Shown here: positions 1 through 13,959 of the stretch, piece by piece
Position numbering within the stretch: position 1 is the first letter of the stretch
How the letters are laid out: the number at the start of each line of letters is the position of its first letter
Position numbers and translations under genes: made by a program
Assembly: GCA_013265495.1 (NCBI GenBank)
Contig: MU058584.1
Span: 7,158,407-7,222,406, forward strand
From: Vicugna vicugna
Taxonomy: Eukaryota
Reading direction: 5' to 3'
Length of the DNA stretch: 64,000 bases
The notes under the pieces: model-generated
Databases searched by the model: none
Seen by the model: only the letters and a program-made list of their open reading frames with translations
What the model was told of the DNA's origin: nothing

Positions 1-2573
1 AAGAAACCCCCAAGTTTATAAAATCTGAGGGCCATTTCCAGTGAACTTTATCAGGATAGAGAAGCCAAAAGACCACAGGCATTACTGGGTTGTAATCAGC
101 TGGAGGAACGAATTAATCAGTATTATAATCACGGAATTGTGGCAGGGTAGTAGGTTTCAGTTATTGGACATAAATCACAAGAGTATGTTCCAGGCATTAT
201 AAAAACAGTGACCTGATCTCACTGGGTAACAGCTCAGTATTTAAAAAGCTACTTGAATTTTTCTGTTGATCTTCATTGTTGTTAAATAATGAGAGTTTTG
301 GTGGTGGGAAAACTTCATTTTTCAAGTGCAAGGTGATCTCAGCTGAAGGAGAAAACGAATGATTAAGGGAGGGAGGGAAGGTAGTCCTGGCATCAATTTG
401 AACATATTTTTCTTCGTTTTTGAAGGCTTATGTCTCCAAGGTTACCATAATAAAGTCATAAACATGACAGCCAGTTTAAGGGTCTCAGGATTAATGAACC
501 TCAAGAAAGAACTGATAAACTGTGAACCAAGCCACCACTAGCACAAAGCTCTAATAGTGACACGTCCACCACCAGTATTCTCAGCAGCAATATATTTAAA
601 TACAAAGAGAACTGCATATATGATATTGTCATATAAATATTTCCTTTATTTTTTCACAGTTAAAATTTTTTAAAATGTTATTTTCTTTTTTATATTTCTT
701 TAAAAGCAGCATACTTCATTAAAGAAACATTGGAAATGTGGATTCTTTTTGAGAAATAATCATCCTCACTGATAGACGATATGGAGAAGTGAGATTTCTA
801 CACCAACAAATGGAAGATTAACTACTGGTGAGTCTAGTTCCAATCCCAAGTAAAGGACACATGTATATGTCTTAGGGCTGATTGTGTCTTCTCGGTAGAA
901 CATTCCTATTCCTCAACTATACATTAGCTACTGAAATTCTAAAAATGTTCATTCCCCTGGGTATCCTCTTCTATCAAAGGACTTGGTATTTATTATGTTA
1001 TTTACATTAATTAACATTTACAAAGGGTGGAGAGAGCACAGAGAACACCCTGCAGTATGTAAGACCTTGATCTCTTTTTAAATGTTCTTAGCGGACTATA
1101 ATATTTTGCAATTATATTCAGATCTTCACAGCTTGCAGGTATCTTGAGTACCTCTTAATCTGCTTTCTCCCTTCAAATTTCTTTCCATTCTAAACAGAAC
1201 ATTTTTGCTTCTTAGTACTAATCCTGTTGAACTAAAAAACAAACAAAAAGAATTCTATGTTTCATACATTTTGAAATAAAATGACCAAAGAAATAAACCC
1301 TAAAGGAATCATCCATTTTTCCTATTTAAATACTGGTATTTTCTATTCACCGTACTTCAAATTTCCAGTTATATATACATTGTGAAGATGTCCATGTACC
1401 CAAGTTTCTGCAGAACCTCCAGTTTTATTATAAAACTTCCTCCTCACACACATTAGACTACATATTTTCACTTGTTTAAACAATCCAAGGAATTTGGCAC
1501 ATTTTAAAGGTAACTGCACTTGTCACTGTTTTAAAACAGACTGAGATGAATGGTGACCTCAGCACCCAGGCTCCTGACTTTGGAGTCATTACTGTTGGCT
1601 AACTTGACACCTGAGTGTGTAACATCCATCTCCCAGGAGATAACCAGGCAAGGCAAAAATAGCAACCTCTAAGGAGAGGATTTTGCTACTTTTATCATTT
1701 CTGGTAAAAAGGCTACTTAAAAGTAAATAGGAAAGCTATTAATAAAAAGTAAGGAAACAAGCTACCTATGGATTTCACAGTAGGACCAACACCTCCTTAC
1801 TGGAGGCTAACTGAAAACAGACTGGGCTGTAATTTGTAGCTTCATGTTGGCCATTTTCAAATACTCCAGTGATGCTCTCCAATCATTTTACTATCTCCAG
1901 TTTTATGGCGCCACGCTACGCTTTTCGCACTGCTTAAATTTCCCATTTTCATAACCCAAATGCCAAAAAATTACCACACATTCCCTTATACAGTCAAAAA
2001 TAGGTTTACTGGAATGTTTTTAGTTATAGAAGAAGGCAGCGACGTTTACAACATTGAGCTTTTGTTACACCCATAAACGTGTGGAAATTGCTTGCAAAGC
2101 AATTGTAATAGGAGCAGAATCTTGCAAATGTTGACAGGATGGTTCTGTATGTCTTTCAGCATAATGACGTGGTACTCTACAGAGGCTTCCTGACCACCAG
2201 CCTGACTCCCACCTGGATGCAATAAATGCAAGTCCTTATGCCATTAAAATAACAGTATGGAATATCGTTATCAGTGTTTAACTATATACACAGATAATGA
2301 ACTGGCAAGTATCTAGTTTCAAATTAGACCCTTGGAATATGGCAGAATCAAGGCTGATTATCTTTGTCTTAAACATAATTATTAAAAGCACATCTTGTTA
2401 GAAGGGAAGAAGATAACTACTGGACATTCTCAATGCTCCAATTTGAAGTGATACTTGCCTCTTAATTTCTTGAAAAAGAAGCTCTGAAAGTTATATACAT
2501 GGGTTTCATTTAAATTATGCAGCAATCTTTTATTATTGTCCCAGATTTTGTTTACTGAAGATCTGTCACCAAA
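1..2573 (-). other. VAMP4: VAMP4 3'UTR (probably extends beyond window start)
   Basis: AT-rich, repeat-poor sequence directly after the VAMP4 TGA; several minus-strand AATAAA (plus tttatt at 2529, 1424, ~988, ~644). The true end is not determined. Confidence 0.7.
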
Positions 2574-2602
2574 TCAAGTACGGTATTTCACAACTAAAAG
2601 AA
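2574..2602 (-). CDS. VAMP4: VAMP4 last coding exon (ILLVVKYRT*)
   Basis: Polypyrimidine tract and AG acceptor (plus ct 2603-2604); phase 1; ends KYRT-TGA, the VAMP4 C-terminus. Confidence 0.96.
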
Positions 2603-3027
2603 CTGCAAAAGAAAAAAAATGAAAAAGAAACATATCAAAATCAGATTCACATGCTATGTTAGAAAAAATATTCCTAAAGTAGCTGTGTCCGTTTTGGAAA
2701 TAGGTAATGAGGACTGAACTTTTATCTGAAATGACAAATAATAAATGAGAGTGGAGAAGCAAAGATATCATAAGACAACCTAATGCCATTTTGATCAAAT
2801 AGATTATGGTATAACCATAGCATAAGGTGGCTAAAATATTTTTAAAATTTTTAACACAAGGAAATATTTACAATGTATTTATTATAAAGAATCTATATGA
2901 TCTAACATGTTTATATACTAATAGGAAAAGACTTGAAGTATACATAGTAGTTACAGTAACAGTAGCTACCTCTGTGCGGTAAGGTAACAGTTGAATTTTA
3001 TTTTCTTTATGCTATTCAACATTCCAT

Positions 3028-3577
3028 ACAGTCGATTCTTGGTACTTGGAGTAGTTCTGTAATGTCACCACTCCGAGCCTCTGGCTATAGTATTTTTGAC
3101 AACCAATCAACATATAACCTTGTTGTACATGTACTTCTTTTATAGGGAGACACCTATTTAATACACATTGTTGATTCATTAACATTGAACTCATGTCTGA
3201 AGGAAGTTTTTCTAACACACGTATTTCCTCCATAGGGTACATCACAGCCTTCCTGTGGTCGGCAACTCTAGACAGCACTTCAGTACCAGTACACCTGGGG
3301 CCATTTTAAACACTAAAATTATCAACAAAATGCACAAAAATGAGAAATGTACTAAACAGACTTTGAAGGCCACCTGTTTACTTTATGAGAGATGAAACTA
3401 GAAGGCAGAGCATGGCCTCATTAGACATCAGCTGGGAACACACGCAGCAAGAGACTCCAAGTTTCCACTTCTCTGAACACACCTGCCGATGATGTGGAAA
3501 GCACCTCAAGTACCGAATTTGGGCTAACAAGTCAGTGTTAGCTAGCAGGTGAGTCCACAAATAATGAGGTTGACTAC
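3028..3577. mobile_element. TcMar-Tigger-type DNA transposon relic
   Basis: Degenerate terminal inverted repeats (cagtcgattct... / ...aataatgaggttgact); the internal sequence resembles Tigger consensus as I recall it. Confidence 0.55.
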
Positions 3578-3709
3578 TTCTTTGTAATAACTCTTCTTAA
3601 ACAGAAAAGGATGTTTATCACATGGGATTTTTCAAAGGGTTTCCAAATCTTATTAAAAATCCCTATAAATATAAAGAAGCTTTGGAAAAAAGGAGATACT
3701 AAAAATGCT

Positions 3710-4060
3710 TTGACAGAGAAAGACAAATATGGTATCACTTGCATGTGGAATCTAAAAAGTAATACAAATGAATCTACCTACAAAACTGCAGAAATGGACT
3801 CACAGACATAGAAAACAAACTTATGGTTACCGAAGGGGAAAAGGAAGCCGGTGGGGGATAAATTAGATTAACGATACAAACTACTGTACATAAAATAGAT
3901 AAGCAACAAGGATTTACTGTATATAGCACAAGGAACTATATTTAATAACTTATAATAACCTAAAAATGGAAAATAATCTGAAAAAGTATGTATATATAAC
4001 TGAATCACTTTGCTGTAAACCTAAAACTAACAATATTATAAAATCAGTGACAATAAAATT
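3710..4060 (+). mobile_element. L1 3' end fragment
   Basis: Typical laurasiatherian L1 3'UTR (cagagaaagacaaatat...gaatcactttgctgt). Confidence 0.8.
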
Positions 4061-4597
4061 TTTTTTTAATCATCTGACTTTAAAAATAATAAGGAAAAAG
4101 GGAAGGGAAAGAGTTACCCTTTAATGACTGAAATGAAGCTCACATCCAAATCATCAGGAGAATTTGCCTGGATTTTCCTTCAAACACAGTATCATGAAAT
4201 GCAAGCTGCCATACATGGAAGTTAACCATGGAAAATGGGTGTTATGGTCCTGAGCACAGCAGTAGCCATATCTGGCCTCAAACAAATCACTCAGCCCTGC
4301 ACTAGGGGGGATGGGGTGGAGAGTAGGACAGGGGTTCTCTGAGAATCTGATAAAAGATACCTTCTCACCATAAAAACCGTACACATGCATTTTCACATCA
4401 AATTGTACATACAGTTTAAGGGCATTTTCAGAGATCTATTTAGAGTCTAGGTAAAAGCTCCTGACTAGGGTCAGAGGTCATTATTCAATCCTGACATTAG
4501 TCATACATACTGGGTCAACTGAAAATAAAAAAGGAAATTTAAATAAACTTCGAAACACATGATAGCCCTCAAAACTAATAACCCAGGAAATACTTAC

Positions 4598-4649
4598 TGA
4601 TAATCACTAATAAAAGGATAACAGCAACCAAAGCCATGAGGGCTTTTAT
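4598..4649 (-). CDS. VAMP4: VAMP4 coding exon, transmembrane helix (IKALMALVAVILLLVII)
   Basis: 52 nt, AG/GTAAG flanks, hydrophobic TM segment in frame with neighbouring exons. Confidence 0.96.
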
Positions 4650-7340
4650 CTACAACACAAAAAGGCGTAAGAAAGATTAACGTTAGTCTTGACTGTATTA
4701 ACAAGTCAATCTGTTGTACCATTTACTATATTATACTAACCCATCAACGGACAGACTCATCCCTTGAAAGGTGTCCAAATTTTATTTCACATGAATATGC
4801 TAGCTATTTGCATCTTTTTGTAAATCATCGGAATTCCCCAAATTTGAGGGGTTGTGCTTGCCTAGATTTTATTATTCAAGGCTACAGAGTAAGCTGTAAT
4901 AATCAAAGCCCTCATAGGCCTGCACTTTTTCATCTATGATTTCTCAGGCCTATTTCTAATGTAAGACCAGGGAAAGAATATTTCAAAGGGACTCTGTGCA
5001 AAAGCGTCAGGACATGATGAATAACACTGGCATCCGATACAAATGGTTCAATGTACACAGTGCAAGGCAGCATTCTTACAGCACTTATTCTCAAAGTGCA
5101 TGAGAATTGTTAGTTTTTGCTCCCCTTACTTTCTTCTTGGCATTTGTAATCTCCATTTTGAGAAATACAATTTAGGTTCTTCATGAGCAACTTCATTTAA
5201 TAAATAACTTGCCTGAGAGCATGCTGTGTGTCATTCTCACAGCTGAGAGGAGAAATCTAAAAATTGGTCCTTAGCTGCTTATTAATGTTTTAGGCCCACA
5301 TCATGTCTCTCTAAAACTGTCATATTCCTCATTTAATCCTAAAATGCATAAATTATAAATTGATTTGATTTTCCTGATGAATTCAAATGAAAGTTTTATT
5401 TTCATCAAACATTTCTGCAGATAATTAATCAAAGATGGCTCATTCAGAAAAGAGATACCCAATTATTATAAACACATGAAACATTCTGATGAGTATCACA
5501 AATAGCAACTAGGCAGTAGCTAATGAAATGTTTCTAAAATAGAACTACTGGTGACATTTTAGGGGCATTACATTCATGACAAGAGTAAAGAGACTAAGAG
5601 AATACATGGAAGATTTGCATATTAAACATATGTGCCTATTAAAATTAATAATGATAACCAAAAAACTGCAGTTTTCTGAGTCTGTTTGACTCAGATCAGA
5701 TGGATATAGGAGGTGCACTTTCAGTAGGTATCTGGGTCCACATTTTACTATAAACTAAAGTACTTTAGTGACAAAGTGATTCAGAGAATATATAGAAGAT
5801 TTGCATCTTTTAATCAGTAAACATTTCTAAAAGTAACTTGGAATTTCACAAGTTTTTCAACTTTACTGAAAATATATATTAATTTGTGCTAGGCTTAACA
5901 TTTAGAAGGTTTAAATGGAAAGAAATATAAGTATCAATTTTAAAACACCTCCATAAAAGGAGCATCTAACACTGGCCAGGAAATGTTTACAACTGAAAAT
6001 GGCAGTAATGTGTTCATGCACGTCCAAAGCTCTCTCATTCCAAATGACATGGACGAAAATCTGTTTCTCATTAAACATGTAAGGGCTTCGAGCCTTCTAG
6101 ATACTTGAGAGGTGCCAGTGATCCTCCCTCCCCAGCCACTGGATAATTTTGTTCACTTACTCATTTTTAAAGTCAGGTTTATTGAGATATACTTTACACA
6201 GAATAAAATTCGCCCTTTTAAAGACCATTTTGATGCTTTTGACAAACATAGTTGTCAACCACCACCAACATAGTTAAACGTAAGGCATTTTCATCACTCC
6301 AAAAAGCCCCCTCATGCCCTGCTGTAGTCAATCTCCACCCCTTCACCCTCAGCCACTGGCAACCTCTGATCTGTTTTCTGCCCTTACATCCCTTTCCTTG
6401 GCCCTTCCTGAATTCTCATGATGAAGATAATCCAGAAAGTGGTAGTGATACAGAGACTATTTAAAAATAAAATTTTAAATTCAGTATTTTTCCTCCTTAA
6501 AAGCATACCGTTTCTTTGATCTGGACCCCATAAAGTACAAAATGAAAATCTTTAGATATGGCTAAAAAAAAAGCTAGGCCAAATGCACATTATTTTTTTT
6601 TTAATGGCCACATGAATGGCTCATGGAACTTTTGTTTTTCCAAACTAGTCTGCAGAACAGAAAATCTATGTATTAAACAGAAAATTTAAATTCTAGAGAA
6701 GGGGAGCGATGAAACTTGTTTCTTTCCCTAAGTTCTATTTCTGAAAGTAAGAGGGTTCAACAGACAAACAGACAAAACTAAGTAAATCCCAGGCAATGCT
6801 TGGAAGAAATCCTTAGTGTATGTCAACATCAAGTTTTGAAAGTTACTGCTAAAGTTAAAAATGAGAGACTAAGAACAATGAGTTATGTCTAAGATTTTCA
6901 AAAAAGCCAAAAAAAAAAAAAAGATATACAGCAAACAGACAAAACTAAGTAAATCCCAGGCAATGTTTGGAAGAAATCCTTAGTGTAGAATCAGGATGAA
7001 AAAGAAAAGATTTGCTCATATGACATGAAATTTGCTATAAAATCTTAGGAGAAATTTTTCTGTTTAATGATTAGTAGCCATACTTGATTTAAGAGATAAA
7101 TTCATTTCTATAAGGTGTTTTGCAGAAATATATTAGCATATAATGATTCTCATTTTCTTCCTTGTTATAAATTTTTCTTTTATATCTTATTTCTCTGGAA
7201 TAATGAAGGAAAGTGGGATAGTTTTTAGTGCTATTTGACAAATGGATTCTGACATATACACTGCTTTTGTTTTTCTTCCCCTTTTCAATAGAAAATTGTA
7301 TTTTTCTCTAGCCTGCATTCTTTTTTTTTAATAACTTTTT

Positions 7341-7469
7341 TGGGGGGATTAGGTTTGTTTGTTTATTAATTATTAATTAATTATTATTTTTTAATGGAGG
7401 TACTGGGGATTGAACCCAGGACCCTGTTGCATGCTAACCATACTCTACCACTAAACTGTACCCTTCCCC
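7341..7469 (-). mobile_element. tRNA-Ala-derived SINE (Vic-1-like)
   Basis: Reverse complement carries A/B boxes (tggtagag...gggttcaatcccc) and the shared cctaat tail. Confidence 0.8.
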
Positions 7470-7861
7470 TTTGCATTCTGTCTTTTAACTATCTCTATGT
7501 AATGCTACACGTTGCTCCAAAAAGATACTAATAATAAATAACCAGTTAATATTTCTTACAAGATAAGTTTAGAAGCAGCTAAATTATTAATAAAATGTGG
7601 ACTACTCTCTATGAAGAAATCCATGAAAACATCTTTTTAGGCATTCCTGATTCCTTTAGTTATTTCTGTCCCAAAAGGCATTAATTCAACAAATATTTAC
7701 TGAGTTCCCACCATGTCCCAGGTTCAGAAGACGTAATAATAAGCAAGACAGTTGTAGTCCCTGCCCTCACAGTTTATAATCTAGAGACACCTTTCTCGTC
7801 ATGTCTTTCAGTACCACTGGATACACTGACCAACCTATCCAGCACCTTCTGAGTTACTTAC

Positions 7862-7941
7862 TTTGCATCCACGCCACCACATTTGCCTTCGAAGTTGTTT
7901 GGATCTGTTGCTAAAAGCAGTTGCATTATCCGATAAGCTTT
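7862..7941 (-). CDS. VAMP4: VAMP4 coding exon (ESLSDNATAFSNRSKQLRRQMWWRGCK)
   Basis: 80 nt, canonical splice sites; C-terminal half of the R-SNARE motif with the WW juxtamembrane motif. Confidence 0.97.
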
Positions 7942-8896
7942 CTATATCATATAGAGGATGGAGAGAAGTATTAAACGACATAACAGGATTCTTTTATCTA
8001 GTCGCACAAAGACAAGAAAATATTAATTCCTATTTCTACGAATTTATCCCTTTTAAGCATGAAAACAACATCTTCCCTTTCCTCCACCCACATACTGTGG
8101 CATTCTGTATTCTAAAAAAACAAAAAGCAAAAAGTGGCTGCAGGTCAGTTTACTCAATCCAATTTTACAATAAGAGTAAGAGAAGTCTTCCCAGGGCCTC
8201 GATGCTTTCAATAAACTTATGAATTCTAGCAGAAAATACTATTTAAAAATCAAATACTTGGCACATCTATAGAAAAAAATTTACACATTGAGAAGGCTAG
8301 ATTCTTACAAGATACCAAAAGTGACTGATTTGGAAGCAAAACAACATGAATTTTAAAAGTGGTTAAATAAATTTTGGGGTTAAACAAGTCTGTCAAGGAT
8401 TAATGAGATATACATTCAGTCATTCATCATTTAAACGATACATGAGTGCCTAATAAGTGCCAGGAACTGGTACAAGTACAGAGACGAACATCTGTCAGTA
8501 AAGAATGGGGACTAAATCACCAGAGAAAGCACAAGGTGAAAATAATGGATAAGTTTGAAATAAGTGTTGGAAAGAAGTGATTAGACCTATCCTCCTAAGA
8601 TCGGGAGAACTACAAGGCACAACAACATAACAGGACAAAAGAAAGAAATACTCTAACTCTTTAACAATGGATTTTTAATTTTTCCATTCTCAACTGATCA
8701 ATTAAAGAATAATACAACAGTAAGATGACTCAAAGTAAAGGGAGCTCAAGTTAAAACATGAAAATCATCAAGTTAACAACCAAGTGCCATTTTCTGTCAA
8801 GTCAAGATTCCTAAACTTAGGTTAGAAAAATGGGAGAAGAGGTAAACTATCAAAACACAGATTAATAATATCAAGAAATAGATGAAGCATCTGTAC

Positions 8897-8997
8897 CTGA
8901 TTTGTCCTGTAGTTCATCTAGTCTCTCCCCTCTTTCAATTACCTTTGTGATATTTTCTTGCATGACGTCAATAACTTCATCCACCTGATTCTGAACA
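8897..8997 (-). CDS. VAMP4: VAMP4 coding exon ([34 protein letters not shown])
   Basis: 101 nt, AG/GT flanks; synaptobrevin/R-SNARE core including the zero-layer Arg (ERGE). Confidence 0.97.
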
Positions 8998-11914
8998 CTA
9001 GTTTAAGAAAGAAGATGAACAAGTAATGTATTCTTCTTTTGAGAATTTTAACATTTTTGAAACTTTCATTAGACACGACAGAAAATAGCGAGTCTCGGAA
9101 TTATTTGACTATAAATTGTTTAAGTTCAATGCTTGCAGCAATGCTCCTTCCATTTGTGGGCTTGAGTACTCAGGCAATTAAAGACAACATGATACAAATG
9201 AAAAGTAGTATTTCACTTAAAGACAGTTTATTTTTAGCCCTGTTTCTGCAGATTAAATGTACTGCCACAATGCTCAGTAACTACAAGGTTTAGTCAAATA
9301 GCTTGACTAAATAATCCATGTCAGTTTTTTTTCAACAGGTCGCTGAGGCATCACATAGAAACAGCTACAACCTGCCTTTGCTCTACATAGTTCACGCACT
9401 AAGGCTAACAAAGGAGTTTGCCCAGGTACGTTAGAAACCTACGAAAAACACTCAGTTTCCAAAATGGAAAGGTAAGGAATGCTCAGTGGGTGTAACTCTT
9501 CATGGCTCCTTGGCTTCCTCTTAAACAGGGCTTAAGACAGTGAGCAACACCTGGGAAGGGTTTTGAAGCGCACAGGAGAGAGCAAAGAGGAAGCATTTTC
9601 TGTTGTTCTTCAAAATGAAAGTACGATTTTCTCCTTTATATTAGGTGATGAGGGTCTGTTCTAACCAAATTTCAGATTGTTCAATGAAGATTGAATCTAA
9701 ATTCAAACATTCAATAATTAGTTCTCAGCTGCCTACTCGCACTCAGGAGTAACCTCCAGAGTACAAAACCAGAAATGTCTAATTACTTTAAGTGTCCAGT
9801 TTCCCTCTGTTGCTTCAATCGTTAGATAAAATGTTACCTTAAATTCGTTTATGAAATAAATCATGCCAGTGAAATATTTAAAAGGAGAAATAAAGTGAAC
9901 TTATGGCTCTTATAACTCAAAAACTGTCTAAAATGTAAAAACTGCCTAAAATGGGTTACTACCAACTATATAAATATTAAGTATACATATACATATATGT
10001 TTTAAATAAATCGGGATATGCAATTGTTCTAATTGGGGAAGTGTATCAGTTTATCAATTATAACCTAGGAAGTTTTTTTAAAATTTCACAATATACATCT
10101 CCTCATTGCCTTCTACTCTATACTACTTCCCAAACTAATCTAGCGAGTTGGGAGCGAGGCATGGACATGTGTAATTTTGAAAAAGAGTTCTAACCCTTCC
10201 ATATCATTTTAAAAACAAAATGAAGGCCCGTTAGGCATAGATGGGTTCAGAAGACATATTCTCAGATTCAAGCAGCAATTACTATGTTTGATGATAGTCA
10301 CCTCCCTCCCGTATTAAAAGCATAATGTATGCCCACTGATTATCCACACACAGGCTTCAGGGCTCACCGTGGCTTCCTACAGTTCTGTGCCTCCCACACA
10401 ATATTCTATTGAAGGATTTAAAACTGAAGCACAACCAAGCTGGGACATGCAGAACTCTCTTCTGCCCAAACAGACCTGAAAGAGCCCCTGAACCCCTAAG
10501 ATGTCTTGTAACTCCTAAGCAGAGAGCTAAAGATGTAAGGTCTTATACAAGAGCAACGGCAGAAATACTTAAGCAATTCATCCATTTATTCAGTAAATAC
10601 TAAGACTTTATTATGTACTATTGTAGGCACTAGGAAAACAATCTGAACCAAGCAGACAATAATTCCAGCTCTCATGGAAATTATGTTTGAAAGTGCAATG
10701 AACGTGCTGCATTAATCTTTAGAGCTGTTTAACAGCCTATCTCTATTCCATGGCTTTATACTATTTACATCATTTAACACAAAGTGAAACTACTTATTTA
10801 TTTACATTCTTATTTCCTGCCTCTCCCCACTAGAAGGTAAGTTCAACAAATGCAGAGATCTTGTCTATTTTGTTCACTTTTGTAGCCCCAGTACCTGCAA
10901 CACTGCTTGGGGTAGAGGATGCACTCAATATGTATCTGTTGAGTAAGTGAATAATTTGGGTATAAATCTTGCAAAGCATATCCAGCTACTTCAGAAACAG
11001 ATACAAAGCAGTCAACGTGGAGGTCTCCATATAACTATAATGGAAGCAGACCTATGGCTCCTCAAGGGCCAGTCCTGAAATTCCCAGGTCGTTATTTTTC
11101 ATCATAGGGAAGAGATGACAGTAGTCTAAAGTAGGCACAGCAGGGTGGAAATGGACAGAATGTGCTGTAGCTCCTACACGTGATCAGAGTGGAGCTGTTA
11201 TGAATATTAATACACCTATAGTACATGTGATTTTAAAACAAAAACAAAATAATTAAAGGAACAGTTATGGTTCCAGAATCCCTACAAACAAAAGACTCCA
11301 TGGATATAGGCAGATTAATTGGAACACAACTCATAAAATTCCAGATTAATTCTCACTAGATTATCATAAACCTAGGAGTATTAACCTCAACATGACACAC
11401 ATGTAATAAATCTCTACGGCCAATGGAAATCACCCAACATTTTAATTTTTCTACCAAGTGATTAATAAATTATTGTTACTTTCTCCTTCACATATTACTA
11501 ACCACTGGTATAACACTCTTAATCCAGCTACTGAATAACCCTCATTCAATTTTAGGATGGAGAAAAATCTCATGACTGTGCTTCTGTATTTCAAGATACT
11601 TTCATGCCTAGAACCCAACTTCTATAGAAAAAAGACAGAGAAAATTATCTATTTATTTATTTTAATATAAAGGATAATTCTTAAAAAAAAAGTGAAGACA
11701 TATTTCCCCACAGTTTTATACATTTTCATAGCAGTTATAATACTTTGATTTGTTTATACTTTAGGTTGGTCTTATCCTTATTATTATACCATAAATGTCT
11801 TTAAAACAGAGATTGTCCCACTCATCTGTTTCCCAGGTCATGTGATATATGCCTGGTAGAAAACAGACATTCAACAAATATTTTCTGATCTGAATTAAGT
11901 ACTTCATTCACTCA

Positions 11915-12600
11915 AAAATATTTATTTATTTATTTATAAACATTTTTTATTGATTTATAATCATTTTACAATGTTGTGTCAAATTCCAGCATACAGCATG
12001 TTTAATACATGAACATATATATATTGTCACTTTTTTTTCTCTGTGAGCTACCATAAGATCTTGTACATATTTCCCTGTGCTACACAGTATAATCTTGTTT
12101 ATCTATTCTACAATTTTGAAATCCCAGTCTATCTCTTCCCACCCCCTGACCCCTTGGCAACCACAAGTTTATATTCTATGTCTGTGAGTCTATTTCTGTT
12201 TTGTATTTATGCTTTGTTCTTAGTTGATGGACATTTAGGCTGTTTCCATGTTTTGGCTATTGTAAATAGTGCTGCTATGAACATTGGGGTGAAGGTGTCA
12301 TCCTGAAGTAGGATTCCTTCTGGATATAAGCCCAGGAGTGGGATTCTTGGGTCATACGGTAAGTCTATTCCTAGTCTTTTGAGGAATCTCCATACTGTTT
12401 TCCACAGTGGCTGCACCAAACTGCATTCCCACCAGCAGTGTAGGAGGGTTCCCCTTTCTCCACAGCCTCTCCAGCATTTGTCATTTGTGGATTTTTGAAT
12501 GATGGCCATTCTGACTGGTGTGAGGTGATACCTCATTGTAGTTTTGATTTGCATTTCTCTGATAATTAGTGATATTGAGCATTTTTTCATGTGCCTATTA
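11915..12600 (-). mobile_element. Young L1 3' fragment with ORF2 C-terminal remnant and internal deletion
   Basis: ORF 12207-12590 = L1 ORF2 C-terminus ([11 protein letters not shown]...HCWWEC...); (ttta)n tail; interrupts L2-like sequence. Confidence 0.92.
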
Positions 12601-13667
12601 AGGAGTTCTTATTATGCTATTCACTGAGGATACTGATGTGAACATCATGAGCCTGGTCCTTATCAAGACTACAGCCTCGTGGGGAAGACTGGTAGCCAGG
12701 ATGACACCACCATGTGTTAAGTGCTATAATGGAAGGAAGGAAGCCCAAGGGATCAGTCGTGAAGCCTAGGTGAATCCAACCCAGGCCAGAGACGGCATCA
12801 AGATTCTGGTGCTGAGTTTGAGGGGTTAAGAGTGAATTGTGTAAAGAAGCTGACAGATGGTGGGAAAGTTCTAGGCTAAAGGAATAAGAGGAGGGGATAT
12901 TTCAGGAATCAAGTGATTAGCTGCGTATGGGTAAAGGAGTTCTGGCAAGAAAAGGGTAGAGGACTTCCAGATTTAAAACTTGAGCAGCTGAGTGGATGTT
13001 GATGATGGCTATTAGCTGAAATAGAAAACTAAGAACTCAAAGGAAAAGCAAGTTTTGTAAGGGAGTGGAGATTTACATCATTTCCAGTTAAAGAATCATG
13101 TGGTAGAACAAAGGACATGAAAGAGAACATACCCAGGAAAATAGGATAAAGACATGCAGAAAGAAGACATTTTAACACTGTCTTACATCCTCCTTAGAGT
13201 CTCACAGCACTTGAGTTCCTGAGAGGTCTCTATTCTGATTATCACCACTACTGGGAAGCCGTGTGTAGGGTACAGAGGCCAGGCTCCGTACGCTGACAGA
13301 TATGGGCTTGCAGTCCAGCCTTACCGCTTATTGAGCATGTGACTTTGCAAGTCACTTGGCAAGCCTCTTTGAGCCTCATATTTTCTCACCTTTAAAATGA
13401 AGCTGATAATCTTCCCCTTGTGAGAATTAGATGACAGTGTTTTTTAAACACTTAGCACAGTTCCTAACGCTTAGCATATGTTGAATGTCACTGTTCTTCC
13501 ATTAAGGGGGAAAAAAAAATCATGCTCTGCAACACACACTCATCCCTTATTTTATAAAGAAAATATTTATTTAACACCCCCATCTTGTGGCCTATTTAGG
13601 TACTGTCGACAAAATAAGTTTTAAAGTTAGGTTGTATTTTTGCAACTGTATCTATGTGTACGTGTAC

Positions 13668-13703
13668 AGACACAGACACAGACACAGACACACACACACA
13701 CAC
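13668..13703. repeat. (CACAGA)n(CA)n microsatellite
   Basis: Seen directly. Confidence 0.9.
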
Positions 13704-13959
13704 ATTGCTGTTCATCATGGAACATTCCTTGGGGACCAACATTCCTTGGTTGGACCAAAACTATTGTTAGGAGATTTCCTACCCCTGGCAGAGAATGTCT
13801 ACAATTCACTAGAGTGGCATTTATAATGCTATTAAGTTAAAATCAAAGGAAATATTCTAAAGAGAATCATAAATTTTACATAGGCATGTGAGTATTTAAA
13901 ATCTTTCCCCCAAGATCTTCCCTAAAAAGTGAAACATTGGAATACCAAAGAACCCATTA

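Noticed and set aside
12207..12590. 127-aa ORF with Cys-rich motif
   Set aside because: L1 ORF2 C-terminal remnant in a truncated element, not a host gene.
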